Assembly (NCBI GenBank): GCA_026625185.1
Contig: CP113000.1
Location: 705,622 to 737,621, forward strand
Direction of reading: 5' to 3'
Source of the DNA: Thermodesulfobacteriota bacterium
GTDB lineage: Bacteria; Desulfobacterota; WTBG01; JAGOGO01
DNA: 32,000 bases
Numbering within the stretch: the first letter of the stretch is position 1; the number at the start of each line of letters is the position of its first letter. Below, in pieces: positions 8,955 through 17,360 of the stretch. Position numbers and translations under genes: made by a program. The notes below the pieces were generated by a model. The model saw only the letters and a program-made list of their open reading frames with translations, ran no database searches and was not told the origin of the DNA.

Positions 8955-10136
8955 CTAAACGTCATCAGCGGGCAGATGCTGGTTTAAAAATTCCTTAATA
9001 TAAAAGTCGGCAATTGCATCATTATACATAGCCATATCTTGTTGTTTGGTATAAGCAGTAAGTTTCCCCAATACCTCTAATTTTTTTTCTATGGCGGGCT
9101 TATCTTGCTGAAAAATTGTGGCATCGATGACATCTTCATTTATTTTGATCATTTCGAACCCGATACTTTTTAGTATTTCAGTTATTAACCTGACTCTCCG
9201 CATTCGCCTTTCTATTACCGCCCCCCCACCTTTAAAAAAAATTCTTATGTGGTTATCATCAGGGTTATTCCCCGCATAGGCCTCTACACTTGAAAAGTGA
9301 TATCCAAGCCTGATGGAAGAATTCATATATTCATCGGAAATAAAGGCAAAGCTGTTTTCACCGGTCTGTAAAATTTCTGCCTCTGAGATGGTTAACGTGT
9401 GCCCCATCATTCCAAAAAAACCACCCACATCAACCGGCGGCGGCTCGGGCCATTTCATCTTTATCAAACCTTGTAAAAAGGCACGCAAAGGGAAAGACGA
9501 GATGTGTTCCGGGTAAAGATATTTGGGATTGCCCTCTATGCCGCCCCCTAAGTCAATGAGATGGAATTGAAGCGGAATCCCGGCAACTAATTTTCGCGTG
9601 TTATTAAGTTCTTTAAAAGGTATCTCAGTAAGCTTAAACATCTCTTGCCGGGCCATTGCCTGACAAAAGGAGATAATATCGTACAGGGTTTCACAAGAAT
9701 CAACGGTTTTTTTTGGGGCTTCTTGATTCACTGAATGCGGATAGATAATCAGAGGCATAATGTTTTTCAAGGTCGGGAGCTGTTGGTGCTCTGCGGATGA
9801 ATCGTGAATGAAGCTTTCTATTTTAGCAGTGATAGCCTTAAAGGTTTCATGAAGGGCCTCATATTTATTGTTGGAGATGAAATTAAGGTTGCAGATGCTA
9901 TTTTTAACTTCATGCACCAGGCTCGCGATAGTTCGGTTAACATACTCCGGTTCGAAGGGGGAATTGCTTGTCGCCTTTTCCTTCACGTCACTAATGAGTC
10001 CTCGCAAAAGGGCATTACTGGCAAGCAAGTCTTTAAAGGATTGGTATTTTTTTTTAAAGACCACGTTTTCCCCTTGGTCTTCCCAATCAATCGCGGAATC
10101 TACTTTTTTCCCAAAAAGTTTTTGCCAGAGTTTCAT
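8955..10136 (-). CDS. paralog of the N-terminal helical region plus C-terminal domain of the 858-aa PEP-synthase-like protein; lacks ATP-grasp and phosphohistidine domains
   Basis: 393 aa. Aligning by hand to ORF 5241..7817, the N-termini match (FKKKYQSFKDLLASN vs FRQRFENYQEILKAN). The C-termini also match (CETLYDIISFCQAMARQEMF vs CKTLHDITRFSHEMAMQEMF; IRLGYHFSSVEAY vs TRLGYHFSSIDAF; FFKGGGAVIERRMRRVRLITEIL vs IFNGGGADLTRRMRRTRLISMIL; QQDMAMYNDAIADFY vs QMDMAMYNDKIVDWY). Confidence 0.8.
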   Translation of the reverse strand: MKLWQKLFGKKVDSAIDWEDQGENVVFKKKYQSFKDLLASNALLRGLISDVKEKATSNSPFEPEYVNRTIASLVHEVKNSICNLNFISNNKYEALHETFKAITAKIESFIHDSSAEHQQLPTLKNIMPLIIYPHSVNQEAPKKTVDSCETLYDIISFCQAMARQEMFKLTEIPFKELNNTRKLVAGIPLQFHLIDLGGGIEGNPKYLYPEHISSFPLRAFLQGLIKMKWPEPPPVDVGGFFGMMGHTLTISEAEILQTGENSFAFISDEYMNSSIRLGYHFSSVEAYAGNNPDDNHIRIFFKGGGAVIERRMRRVRLITEILKSIGFEMIKINEDVIDATIFQQDKPAIEKKLEVLGKLTAYTKQQDMAMYNDAIADFYIKEFLNQHLPADDV

Positions 10137-10154
10137 AAGCGGTTTTCTTTTTGC

Positions 10155-10376
10155 TTAATCCTTTTCAGGCCACTCGGCGTTGTCGCGTTCCTCCACAAAA
10201 TAGCAAAACTTATCCCACTCGAACTCGCGCAAGGAGATAGGGCAACGAAATTTTATCTTGCGATCAGTAACTCCGATAACTTCCCAGTCTCCCTTACGCG
10301 GTCCATCATAAATGTGAATTTTTTGTCCGACCTTAAAAGGGTAAAATCGGAAAAAAGCAACTTTATGGATAGTCAT
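10155..10376 (-). CDS. small hypothetical protein (73 aa)
   Basis: The ORF lies between rubrerythrin (28 nt upstream) and the 393-aa gene (18 nt downstream) on the same strand, with tight spacing consistent with co-transcription. It has a weak SD and I recognise no family. Confidence 0.5.
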   Translation of the reverse strand: MTIHKVAFFRFYPFKVGQKIHIYDGPRKGDWEVIGVTDRKIKFRCPISLREFEWDKFCYFVEERDNAEWPEKD

Positions 10377-10404
10377 TTCTTCGAAAAAATAATACCGGAC
10401 GATG

Positions 10405-10905
10405 TTAATCTATACGGCGAAAAACTTTTTTCGCTGACCCACACACGGGGCAGTTTTCGGGTACCTCACCCCAAACAGTATAACCGCAGACACCGCAAAT
10501 ATGAATATCACCGGCGGGGAGATCATTGCCGGTATTAAGTTTTGCGAGGGCCTCGGCATAAAGTTGGTGATGAATTTCCTCCACTGCATTAGCATACTTG
10601 AAAGTCGTTAACGCTTGTTTATCGCCTTCCTTTTCTGCTTCAGAAATAAATTTAGGATACATTTCTTTAAATTCAAATCCTTCGCCTTCAATTGCGGCGG
10701 CTAAGTTTTCTTTGGTGGTTTTTATGCCCCCCAGTACGCGTAAATGACTGTGGGCATGAACGGTCTCAGCCTCAGCCGCTGCCCGAAACAATTTTGCAAC
10801 CTGGGGATACCCATCAGCCTCCGCCTTCTTGGCAAATGCCAGATATTTTCGATTGGCCTGACTTTCTCCTGCAAAAGCTTCCTTAAGATTTTCTTTGGTT
10901 GCCAT
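10405..10905 (-). CDS. rbr: rubrerythrin
   Basis: The diiron four-helix motifs are present (AGESQANRKY, EAETVHAHSH, EGEGFEFKEMY, VEEIHHQLY), as is a C-terminal rubredoxin-like CGVCG..CPVCG. I moved the start from the track's 10929 to the ATG at 10905, because AAGGAGG sits 8 nt upstream of that ATG. Confidence 0.9.
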   Translation of the reverse strand: MATKENLKEAFAGESQANRKYLAFAKKAEADGYPQVAKLFRAAAEAETVHAHSHLRVLGGIKTTKENLAAAIEGEGFEFKEMYPKFISEAEKEGDKQALTTFKYANAVEEIHHQLYAEALAKLNTGNDLPAGDIHICGVCGYTVWGEVPENCPVCGSAKKVFRRID

Positions 10906-11059
10906 GAAAAAAACCTCCTTTCGCTCCAAAAAATTAATTGTATTGTGCCTTATTATGCAGCTTGATAATATAATAATGTAACAAAAAATTAAAATATTTT
11001 CTAACCAAAAGGGAATCAGCCGGTTAAGTTCTCAAGTTTATAAACAAAAAAGGAGATTC

Positions 11060-11830
11060 GTGGTGCGGATAATGACCTTTAATATTCGTTTTGAAAACGA
11101 GCACGACAAAAATAACGGATGGCAATACCGTCGTGAGTTGGTTGCCGAAATCATTCAACGTCATGCTCCTTCCCTGGTGGGCACCCAAGAGGGAAAGTGG
11201 CAGCAACTCCTCTACCTTAAAAAATACTTATCCAGCTACAATAGTTACATGCCGAATCGAGTGATTGATGATACTTCTCAATACCCGACGCTCTTTTACC
11301 GGGAGAGTGAAGTTACGATTGTTCAGGGTGGTGAATTTTGGCTGTCAAAAACCCCGGCAATTCATCTCAGCAAAAATTGGGACAGCGCCTTTCCCAGAAT
11401 GATGAGTTACGGATTATGTTTAGAGCGGGGAAGTAAAAGACATTTTTTGGCTGCGGTTACTCACCTTGACCATAAAGGCAATGAAGCGCGCTGGCAGCAG
11501 GCTAAAATTATCAATACATTTATCCAAAACCACATTGGCCCAACAATTCTGATGGGGGATTTTAATGATAGGCCCGGATCTCGCGTACACCAGCTTTTAA
11601 CCGGTACAGAATCCGAACTTCGTGACTCTTGGAAAATATTGGGTCGCGAGGAAGATGAGAAAAGCATGACCCACCACGGTTTCACCGGGATGCCCAAAAA
11701 AACCCGCATGGATTGGATCTTGGTAAGCAAGCATTTTCGGGTGATTGATGCGCAGATAATCCGGGACAATAGTGAAGGCTCTTATCCTTCTGATCATTAT
11801 CCCTATATGGTTGATTTAGATTGGGCTTAA
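11060..11830 (+). CDS. endonuclease/exonuclease/phosphatase (EEP) family protein
   Basis: 256 aa. It has an EEP-type N-terminus (IMTFNIRFEN), GTQEG, a THLDH-type motif (AVTHLDHKG), GDFND and a C-terminal SDHYP. The start is ambiguous among GTG 11060, GTG 11063 and ATG 11072. AGGAGA at 11051-11056 favours one of the GTGs. Confidence 0.85.
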   Translation: MVRIMTFNIRFENEHDKNNGWQYRRELVAEIIQRHAPSLVGTQEGKWQQLLYLKKYLSSYNSYMPNRVIDDTSQYPTLFYRESEVTIVQGGEFWLSKTPAIHLSKNWDSAFPRMMSYGLCLERGSKRHFLAAVTHLDHKGNEARWQQAKIINTFIQNHIGPTILMGDFNDRPGSRVHQLLTGTESELRDSWKILGREEDEKSMTHHGFTGMPKKTRMDWILVSKHFRVIDAQIIRDNSEGSYPSDHYPYMVDLDWA

Positions 11831-12211
11831 CTTTCAGCTCTGTTCACCTTCTTCAACCCGTCTTATAATATCCCGGAAAGCCCCGCACTCGCTTCATGAG
11901 TCACCCTTCCAGATTCCCGCTTTCGCGAAATGACGCGTTAAGGAAACTGTGCAAAATAAGAACACATCTTCTATGCAGCCCCGTTTGAAAGATTTTACCC
12001 GAGGTATATCATTTTGCGCTTGAGTTGCCGTATTGTTGATAATAAATGATTTAGAATCAAATGGCTAATTATAACGATAATGCCAAATCAAGAAGAAAAC
12101 GATAGTATTTACCCCATATGGAAAGGTGTAATAAATTTTAAGGTTACACTATGCTTCCGCATTGGGCATTTCTAACGGGGTCAAACTTATTTATGTCGCC
12201 CACAATAGTTT

Positions 12212-14077
12212 TTACGAAAACAAGGTGCGTTGTTTGACTTTTGGTTTTGATGGCTTTCTGCGAACGGATATGTTTTCGATCGTTTCGCGGGGAATTTCCG
12301 AGATAAAGGGTGAAGGCGGTTGCTTGCGGTTTTCACCAAAAAGAAACCTTTCTTTGGCACAGGAAAGGTAGAGCCTTTGTTTAGCTCTGGTCATGCCCAC
12401 GTAAAAGAGCCGTCTTTCCTCTTCTCTCTCAGATGGTTCTTCTCCAAATTCGGTGCAGGGGAAAACCCCAGATTCCAGCCCCACTATGAATACCGTCGGG
12501 AATTCCAAACCTTTGGCCGCGTGAACAGTCATAAGGGTGACTGCTTCCGCTCTGGGGTTATAGGTCTCTCCTTCTTTCAAGAGCGAAATGTATTCCAGGA
12601 AATGAGGAAGCTGCTGATCAGCCCTGCCATTCTGGAATGGGTCAACGAGGGTGAGCCATTCGAACCTCTCTTTTTCTTTTATCTTCATTTCCCTAACAAT
12701 ATTTTTAATCAACGTCCCCAGGCTTACGAAGCTGCTTTCCCTCTGATACCGGTCAATGAGCGAAAGGAACACAGTGCGAAAATCGGGCTGTTTATCTAGG
12801 TGAGGCGCGATAGCCCGAAAAGAAAGGTCATCATGAGGGTTAAGCACCATTTTCAGAATGGAGACTAAATACCCGGAGATTGAATCGACATTATTGGAAT
12901 GACCCCCCACAATCTGATAGGGGATACCTGATTCCTGAAGCGCTTCGGAAAAAGGAAAGGAAAGATGATGAAGGCGATAGAGAATAGCGATATCGCTGAA
13001 TCCGAACATTCCTGGTCCTTCACAGTGAGATTCCATCCGGGTTCCTCCGACCAGTTTTTCGATCTCTTTAACTATAAACCGGGCTTCAGCCTGGTGGTCG
13101 GAGGCGTGAAAAACATAGATGGGTGGACCGTCCGGATTTGAAGAAAAAAGATTGTGAGGGATACGATTGGTGTTGTTTTTTATCACTGATAAAGCGCCGG
13201 CAAGGATCGGTTCAGTAGAACGATAGTTTCTTTCTAAATGAATGCGTCGAGTTTGGGGATTTTCCTGTTGGAACCTCAAAAAACTCTTTACCTGAGATCC
13301 CCGAAAAGCATAAATAGCCTGATCGGCGTCACCGATAATCCATGCGCTGGTTTTCGGACCGCAGAGTTTTTCGAGAAGCAAGTACTGGGGGTTATTGAGA
13401 TCCTGGTATTCGTCTACGAGAATATACTTAAACCGGTTTTGGTAGTCTTCTCTTATCTCAGGAAACTCCTGCAACAATATAAGCGGCTTGAGGATTAAAT
13501 CATCAAGGTCTATCACATTACGTTCCAACAACTTTTTTTCGTAGGCAGACAATATCTTCTGAGCATGATCTAATTGAAGATCGAGACCCATGGGTGCATC
13601 GCCGCCAATGAGATTTTTCTGTTCGGAAATTTTTCGCACCCATTTTAAAGCCCGGTTAAGTGATTCTTGAGGCATACGCTGAGAGAGAATTTCTTTTACC
13701 AGCTGCACTTGTTCTGATTCGGAGAGGATTTGAAAATCCGGCAACAAGCCGACCTTCTCTTCGTGCTGTCGTAAGAAAGACAGACCGAGCGCGTGTAAAG
13801 TACTGACCGTAAGGTGCGTGAGGTACTGGGTACACGATGAATCAGCAGGCAGAATTTTAAAGAGTTTATCCTTCATCTCTTGGGCGGCTTTGGCGGTAAA
13901 GGTTACCGCCAAAATTTTTTCCGGATTGATTCCCAATTCGGAGATGAGATAAGCGATACGATAAGCAAGCGTCAGGGTTTTACCGGTTCCAGGACCGGCG
14001 ATGATCAATGAAGGACCATCTGGAGCTGTGACCGCCTCACGCTGCAAAGGGTTCAAGAGACTTAAATCAAGGGACAT
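12212..14077 (-). CDS. UvrD/PcrA/Rep-family superfamily 1 DNA helicase (short form)
   Basis: 621 aa. Walker A is AGPGTGKT, motif II is ILVDEYQDLN, and later motifs include DADQAIYAFRG, LERNYRST, VTLMTVHAAKGLEF and LFYVGMTRAKQRL. Confidence 0.9.
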   Translation of the reverse strand: MSLDLSLLNPLQREAVTAPDGPSLIIAGPGTGKTLTLAYRIAYLISELGINPEKILAVTFTAKAAQEMKDKLFKILPADSSCTQYLTHLTVSTLHALGLSFLRQHEEKVGLLPDFQILSESEQVQLVKEILSQRMPQESLNRALKWVRKISEQKNLIGGDAPMGLDLQLDHAQKILSAYEKKLLERNVIDLDDLILKPLILLQEFPEIREDYQNRFKYILVDEYQDLNNPQYLLLEKLCGPKTSAWIIGDADQAIYAFRGSQVKSFLRFQQENPQTRRIHLERNYRSTEPILAGALSVIKNNTNRIPHNLFSSNPDGPPIYVFHASDHQAEARFIVKEIEKLVGGTRMESHCEGPGMFGFSDIAILYRLHHLSFPFSEALQESGIPYQIVGGHSNNVDSISGYLVSILKMVLNPHDDLSFRAIAPHLDKQPDFRTVFLSLIDRYQRESSFVSLGTLIKNIVREMKIKEKERFEWLTLVDPFQNGRADQQLPHFLEYISLLKEGETYNPRAEAVTLMTVHAAKGLEFPTVFIVGLESGVFPCTEFGEEPSEREEERRLFYVGMTRAKQRLYLSCAKERFLFGENRKQPPSPFISEIPRETIENISVRRKPSKPKVKQRTLFS

Positions 14078-14078
14078 C

Positions 14079-15359
14079 TTAAAAAAGGCTCAACTGCTTT
14101 GCGTTTTTCTCTTTTTCATTAAAAATTTTGACCTTCCCGTATTCTCCGTCGTAGCCCGAAAGAATGTTCACCTTGCCTTTCCGCACTTTGTCTATGGCTT
14201 CGGGGAGTAAGTTGAGGCCGGAATTTTTTAGGGAGGCCAAGGGACATTTCCTGAGGATGTAAAGCTCATTTCCCAAAAGTCGAAGAAGTCGAAAATAATC
14301 TTGCTGGACTTTCTGACTCCTGACTCCTGATTCCTTAATTTCACTGATCACCCCCGTGAGTCCGATAAGGCTTTTAAAAGTCGGTTTTCCATCCGGCATA
14401 AAGCCTGAAGGACGATCCGCCAATTCGGTTACCCGGTGCATAACTCCCACCGTAACTTTTTTACCACACTTTGGACACATCCCTCCCTGTTTGATGGTTT
14501 CCGCCGGCGAGAGCCGTTCTCCACAAGCGCGGTGACCGTCAAAGTGGTACTTTCCTTCTTCCGGGAAGAATTCGATGGTTCCTAAAAACTCGCCTTTCTC
14601 TGGATTATTGAGCGCATCGAGAATAGAAAAATAAGAAAGTTCGGTGGAAAATATATTTGCTTCCCGGCCGATGCGATCAGGAGAATGGGCATCGGAGTTG
14701 GAGATGAGGGTTATTTTATCCAGAGCAGAAAGCCGCCAGTTCATGGGAGGATCAGAGGAGAGGCCGGTTTCAACCGTGTGGACCAACGGGGTTAACTCTT
14801 CAAAGCATTCTTCAAGAGAGTCAAAGCCGCTGTTTGCGCCCAAGACCGAGAAGTGGGGAGTCCAGACGTGCGCGGGAACAAAATATGTCTCGTGAGAGGC
14901 ATCAAGCGCCATTCTCAATAATTCTTTGCTGTCCAGCCCCAGGATGGGTCTTCCATCCGATGCGAGGTTGCCTACTTTTGTGAGCATGGCATTTAAACGG
15001 GAGACAGAACGAAGGTCAGGGAAGAAGATGAGGTTATGGACTTTACGGGTCTTTTCATGTTTTTTGTAAATGCTGCTGATTTCTACCGACAGAATAAATC
15101 TAACCAATGCCCGGCAGGATTCTGGAATCTCCTCGTCAATTTTTTGACGATATTGGGGCTTTAAAACAAATAGGCCCGGTTCAGCCGGCTCAAGCTTTTC
15201 GCTGAGTTCTTTAAACCATTTTGGATTGGTAAAATCTCCGGTCCCTACTACGGTTACTCCCTTGAGTTGAGCCCACTTATAGATATTATCGAGATTCATC
15301 TCCCGGCTGGTAGCCCGGGAAAGATGGGAATGAATGTGAAAATCAGCAATAAATTTCAT
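14079..15359 (-). CDS. endoQ: PHP-domain endonuclease Q-like protein (TIGR00375 family)
   Basis: 426 aa. Motifs include DFHIHSHLSRATS, VGTGDFTNPKWF, SNSDAHSP..IGREAN, the zinc finger KYHFDGHRACG...CPKCGKKVTVGVMHRVTELAD, and a C-terminal GYDGEYGKVKI. These match my recollection of Pyrococcus EndoQ. Its stop lies 1 nt before the helicase ATG. Confidence 0.8.
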   Translation of the reverse strand: MKFIADFHIHSHLSRATSREMNLDNIYKWAQLKGVTVVGTGDFTNPKWFKELSEKLEPAEPGLFVLKPQYRQKIDEEIPESCRALVRFILSVEISSIYKKHEKTRKVHNLIFFPDLRSVSRLNAMLTKVGNLASDGRPILGLDSKELLRMALDASHETYFVPAHVWTPHFSVLGANSGFDSLEECFEELTPLVHTVETGLSSDPPMNWRLSALDKITLISNSDAHSPDRIGREANIFSTELSYFSILDALNNPEKGEFLGTIEFFPEEGKYHFDGHRACGERLSPAETIKQGGMCPKCGKKVTVGVMHRVTELADRPSGFMPDGKPTFKSLIGLTGVISEIKESGVRSQKVQQDYFRLLRLLGNELYILRKCPLASLKNSGLNLLPEAIDKVRKGKVNILSGYDGEYGKVKIFNEKEKNAKQLSLF

Positions 15360-15370
15360 AAAACTTTTAA

Positions 15371-15408
15371 CTCAGAAATCAGGAGTCAGAAGTCAGGAGT
15401 CAGTCTCC
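15371..15408. repeat. heptamer array (TCAGRAG-type units), distal flank of the four-helix-bundle cassette
   Basis: The plus strand reads ctcagaaATCAGGAGTCAGAAGTCAGGAGTCAGtctcc. This is inverted relative to the array at 15741..15780. Confidence 0.7.
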
Positions 15409-15411
15409 CTT

Positions 15412-15732
15412 TCAGCGGGATTCCACCTGAGATATCAAATTACTTGTCTCACTATATCCAGGATCTCGGGTAAGAATCAAGTAGTAACGACATTACTCCA
15501 ATGAACCCTGAGCAATGTTCATAAATCGAAATTTGTCTGCCTTGCCAGTTTTTCTAAAGCCTTCTGCTATGTTGGCCGGGATTGAAACTGCAGCCCGTCG
15601 AAACTGAGTAGTCAAACCATATATCTCATTGTTAGGAAAATACTAAGTAGCTTGATAAATAGAAATTATAAACTCATGAGCTTTCTGCCAGCCTACCAAA
15701 TCTTGAAAAGTTTTTGCTTTCAGTCTTCCCAT
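15412..15732 (-). pseudogene. four-helix-bundle protein gene (23S rRNA intervening-sequence protein family, TIGR02436/PF05635-like) with two in-frame stops and a truncated 3' end
   Basis: The minus-strand frame reads MGRLKAKTFQDLVGWQKAHEFIISIYQAT*YFPNNEIYGLTTQFRRAAVSIPANIAEGFRKTGKADKFRFMNIAQGSLE*CRYYLILTRDLGYSETSNLISQVESR*. The motifs FQDL.VWQKA, RRAA.SIP.NIAEG and AQGS..E..Y are family hallmarks. There is a TAG at 15643-15645 and a TAA at 15493-15495. GGAG sits 7 nt before the ATG. Confidence 0.8.
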
Positions 15733-15740
15733 TTTGTCTC

Positions 15741-15780
15741 CAGTCTTATGACTCCTGAATTCTGTCTTCTGACTTCTACC
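15741..15780. repeat. heptamer array (GRAGWCA units in minus-strand sense), proximal flank of the four-helix-bundle cassette; starts at the stop codon of the radical SAM gene
   Basis: The minus strand reads TAG AAGTCA GAAGACA GAATTCA GGAGTCA TAAGACT GGAGACA AA ATG, about six tandem 7-nt units. Confidence 0.7.
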
Positions 15781-17068
15781 TATATTTTACCTCCTGTTTA
15801 ATGAAAGTCTCGAGGGTGGCATCAAGATAATTCTTGCGGCATTCTAAAGCATCTAAATTACCTTTTTGGATAAATGTCGTATACCGGCAGCCACCAAAGC
15901 ATAGCGGCAGGTAAACACATTCAGCGCACTCCTGATGGTCTTTCCAAAGGCCAAGCTTATAAGAGCGGGTATAATCGTCAATGCCGCTTCGAACATTTCC
16001 TACCGCAAACCCCTCCTTGCCGATAAAAGCCGGACACTTATAAATGACCCCGTCAAAATTGACCACAAAAGAACTATTGTTGTCAACCATACAAAAAATG
16101 GGCGTAATTTTGGGGGTATTATAACTTCGTTTGAGTATCTCTTCCCGCAAAAATTCCGAGGCCTTAATAAGCCAGGGCTCGTCCATGGACATACAGCCGT
16201 CGTTATAGTCAGCAGGCGACACATCTCCCTCCGGCCGTTTGGAAACCGGGTCAAACTTAATGCCGCCAATCTTATCCGGTTTAATCCCTTCCTTAATCAA
16301 AAAATCAAGAAGGGAAACGAATTGCCCACAGTTGTTTCTTTCAAAATTTCCTCCGATGCTGATTTTTACCAGGTCACAGGTTTCCTTGATATTTTTTATG
16401 AGAGTATCAAAACTGCCGGCTCCTGACTTAAAAGGCCGGTATCGGTTATGAACCTCAGCCGGTCCATCGAGGGTAATCTTAATCCTTTCCAGCCCTAAAG
16501 GAACCAGCTCTTCTGCCACTTGCCTTTTGAAGAGCGCGCCGTTGCTGACCAGAGTGAAGTTAAAGGATCCTCCTTTTTCCTGGGCAAACCCCTTCAGCTC
16601 AAGGGAAATTGATTTGATTAATCCTAAGCTCAGGAGAGGCTCCCCTCCGTAAAAGTCTATGAGCAGTTTTTTCTTTTCTCCGATGAAATCTTTTTTGATT
16701 AAATCTATCAGGGAGGCAGCAGTCTCATCCGACATATAGAGATTCCCCTTCATGTCTCCTTCATAACAGTATAGGCAGGCAAAGTTGCAGTCGAGATTGA
16801 GAACCACCATACTGTTCAAGACCGGATTCATTGCGTTCTTCCTGTCCACCAGGCTGCGAATATCCCGCTTTTCCTTCTCCTGGTCAGGTACTATCACTCC
16901 GTGCTTTGTTAACAAAGCCTCATCCTCAGGCGAAAGGGCGCCTTGTTCTATCGCCTGAAAGGTCTCTTCTTTAATGACAATAACGGAGCTTCTTTTGGTG
17001 GAAAAAAGCAAAAGATAGCCCGGTTTTTCCTTGTAAGGATATACTTTAAGGAAATGAGAAACCTGCAT
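15776..17068 (-). CDS. radical SAM/SPASM-domain peptide-modifying enzyme (candidate RiPP maturase)
   Basis: 430 aa. The cluster motif is C94-X3-C98-X2-C101 (LDCNFACLYCYEG), followed by GGEPLL. The N-terminal extension of about 85 aa resembles the peptide-recognition regions of SPASM maturases. The C-terminal auxiliary-cluster cysteines are IFCMV, VIYKCPAF, HQECAECVYLPLCFGGCRY and LECRK. AGGAGG sits 5 nt before the ATG. Confidence 0.85.
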   Translation of the reverse strand: MQVSHFLKVYPYKEKPGYLLLFSTKRSSVIVIKEETFQAIEQGALSPEDEALLTKHGVIVPDQEKEKRDIRSLVDRKNAMNPVLNSMVVLNLDCNFACLYCYEGDMKGNLYMSDETAASLIDLIKKDFIGEKKKLLIDFYGGEPLLSLGLIKSISLELKGFAQEKGGSFNFTLVSNGALFKRQVAEELVPLGLERIKITLDGPAEVHNRYRPFKSGAGSFDTLIKNIKETCDLVKISIGGNFERNNCGQFVSLLDFLIKEGIKPDKIGGIKFDPVSKRPEGDVSPADYNDGCMSMDEPWLIKASEFLREEILKRSYNTPKITPIFCMVDNNSSFVVNFDGVIYKCPAFIGKEGFAVGNVRSGIDDYTRSYKLGLWKDHQECAECVYLPLCFGGCRYTTFIQKGNLDALECRKNYLDATLETFIKQEVKYR

Positions 17069-17146
17069 TGCGCCTCCTGTTCACCCTGTTAGATGTTTGT
17101 ATCTAATGTAGTGAATCTACCACTTCTTTACATAAACTCCAGGACC

Positions 17147-17360
17147 GTCATTCCCGTCCCCGCCTTCGCGAGGATAAACTCCAGCGGGAATCCAGACCGA
17201 AAACACTGGATCCCGGGTCAAGCCCGGAATGAGAATTACAGTCTATCGGGCGAGGCAAGCCTTGCCCCTACATATTCGGGTGCAACACGGTTGCGCCACT
17301 ACGTCTTCTGGGCAAGGCACGCCGTGCCCCTTCATCTTCTGCCTTCTGTCTACTGACTCC
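17147..17360. repeat. composite repeat block filling the spacer between the small ORF and the radical SAM gene
   Basis: There is a GTCATTCCCG...CGGGAATCC hairpin element (17147-17196) and CCCGGG..CCCGG (about 17212-17228). Three GC-rich hairpins follow: GGCAAGCCTTGCC, GTGCAACACGGTTGCGCC and GGCACGCCGTGCC. A heptamer array ends the block (17331-17360, minus sense GGAGTCA GTAGACA GAAGGCA GAAGATG). Track ORF 17093..17356 is simply a translation of these repeats. Confidence 0.75.

Noticed and set aside
9804-10538. A 244-aa plus-strand ORF (and 9868..10158) spanning three minus-strand genes
   Set aside because: It is a shadow ORF antisense to the 393-aa gene, the 73-aa gene and rubrerythrin. It crosses two intergenic gaps, shows no recognisable motifs, and has low-complexity composition.
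10962-10978. TTGATAATATAATAATG between rubrerythrin and the EEP gene as a PerR/Fur box
   Set aside because: It contains direct ATAAT repeats but not the 7-1-7 inverted symmetry of PerR/Fur boxes. It may simply be a -10-like TATAAT in an AT-rich divergent promoter region. The evidence is too weak to call.
14311-14334. A TCAGGAG-type heptamer tract (ttctgactcctgactcctgattcc) inside the endoQ-like coding sequence, suspected of being an in-frame repeat insertion
   Set aside because: The encoded ESGVRSQKV aligns with a conserved EndoQ segment as I recall it (G.G..SK.V before the ..Y/W..L helix). It therefore looks like native coding sequence that coincidentally resembles the repeat. It could still be worth a computational check.
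17093-17356. An 87-aa plus-strand ORF in the peptide/radical SAM spacer
   Set aside because: Its sequence (..IPVPAFARINSSGNPDRKHWIPGQARNEN..ARHAVPL..) is simply the translation of the GATTCCCG/GGAATGAC and GC-hairpin repeat modules. It has no RBS and runs antisense to the surrounding operon.
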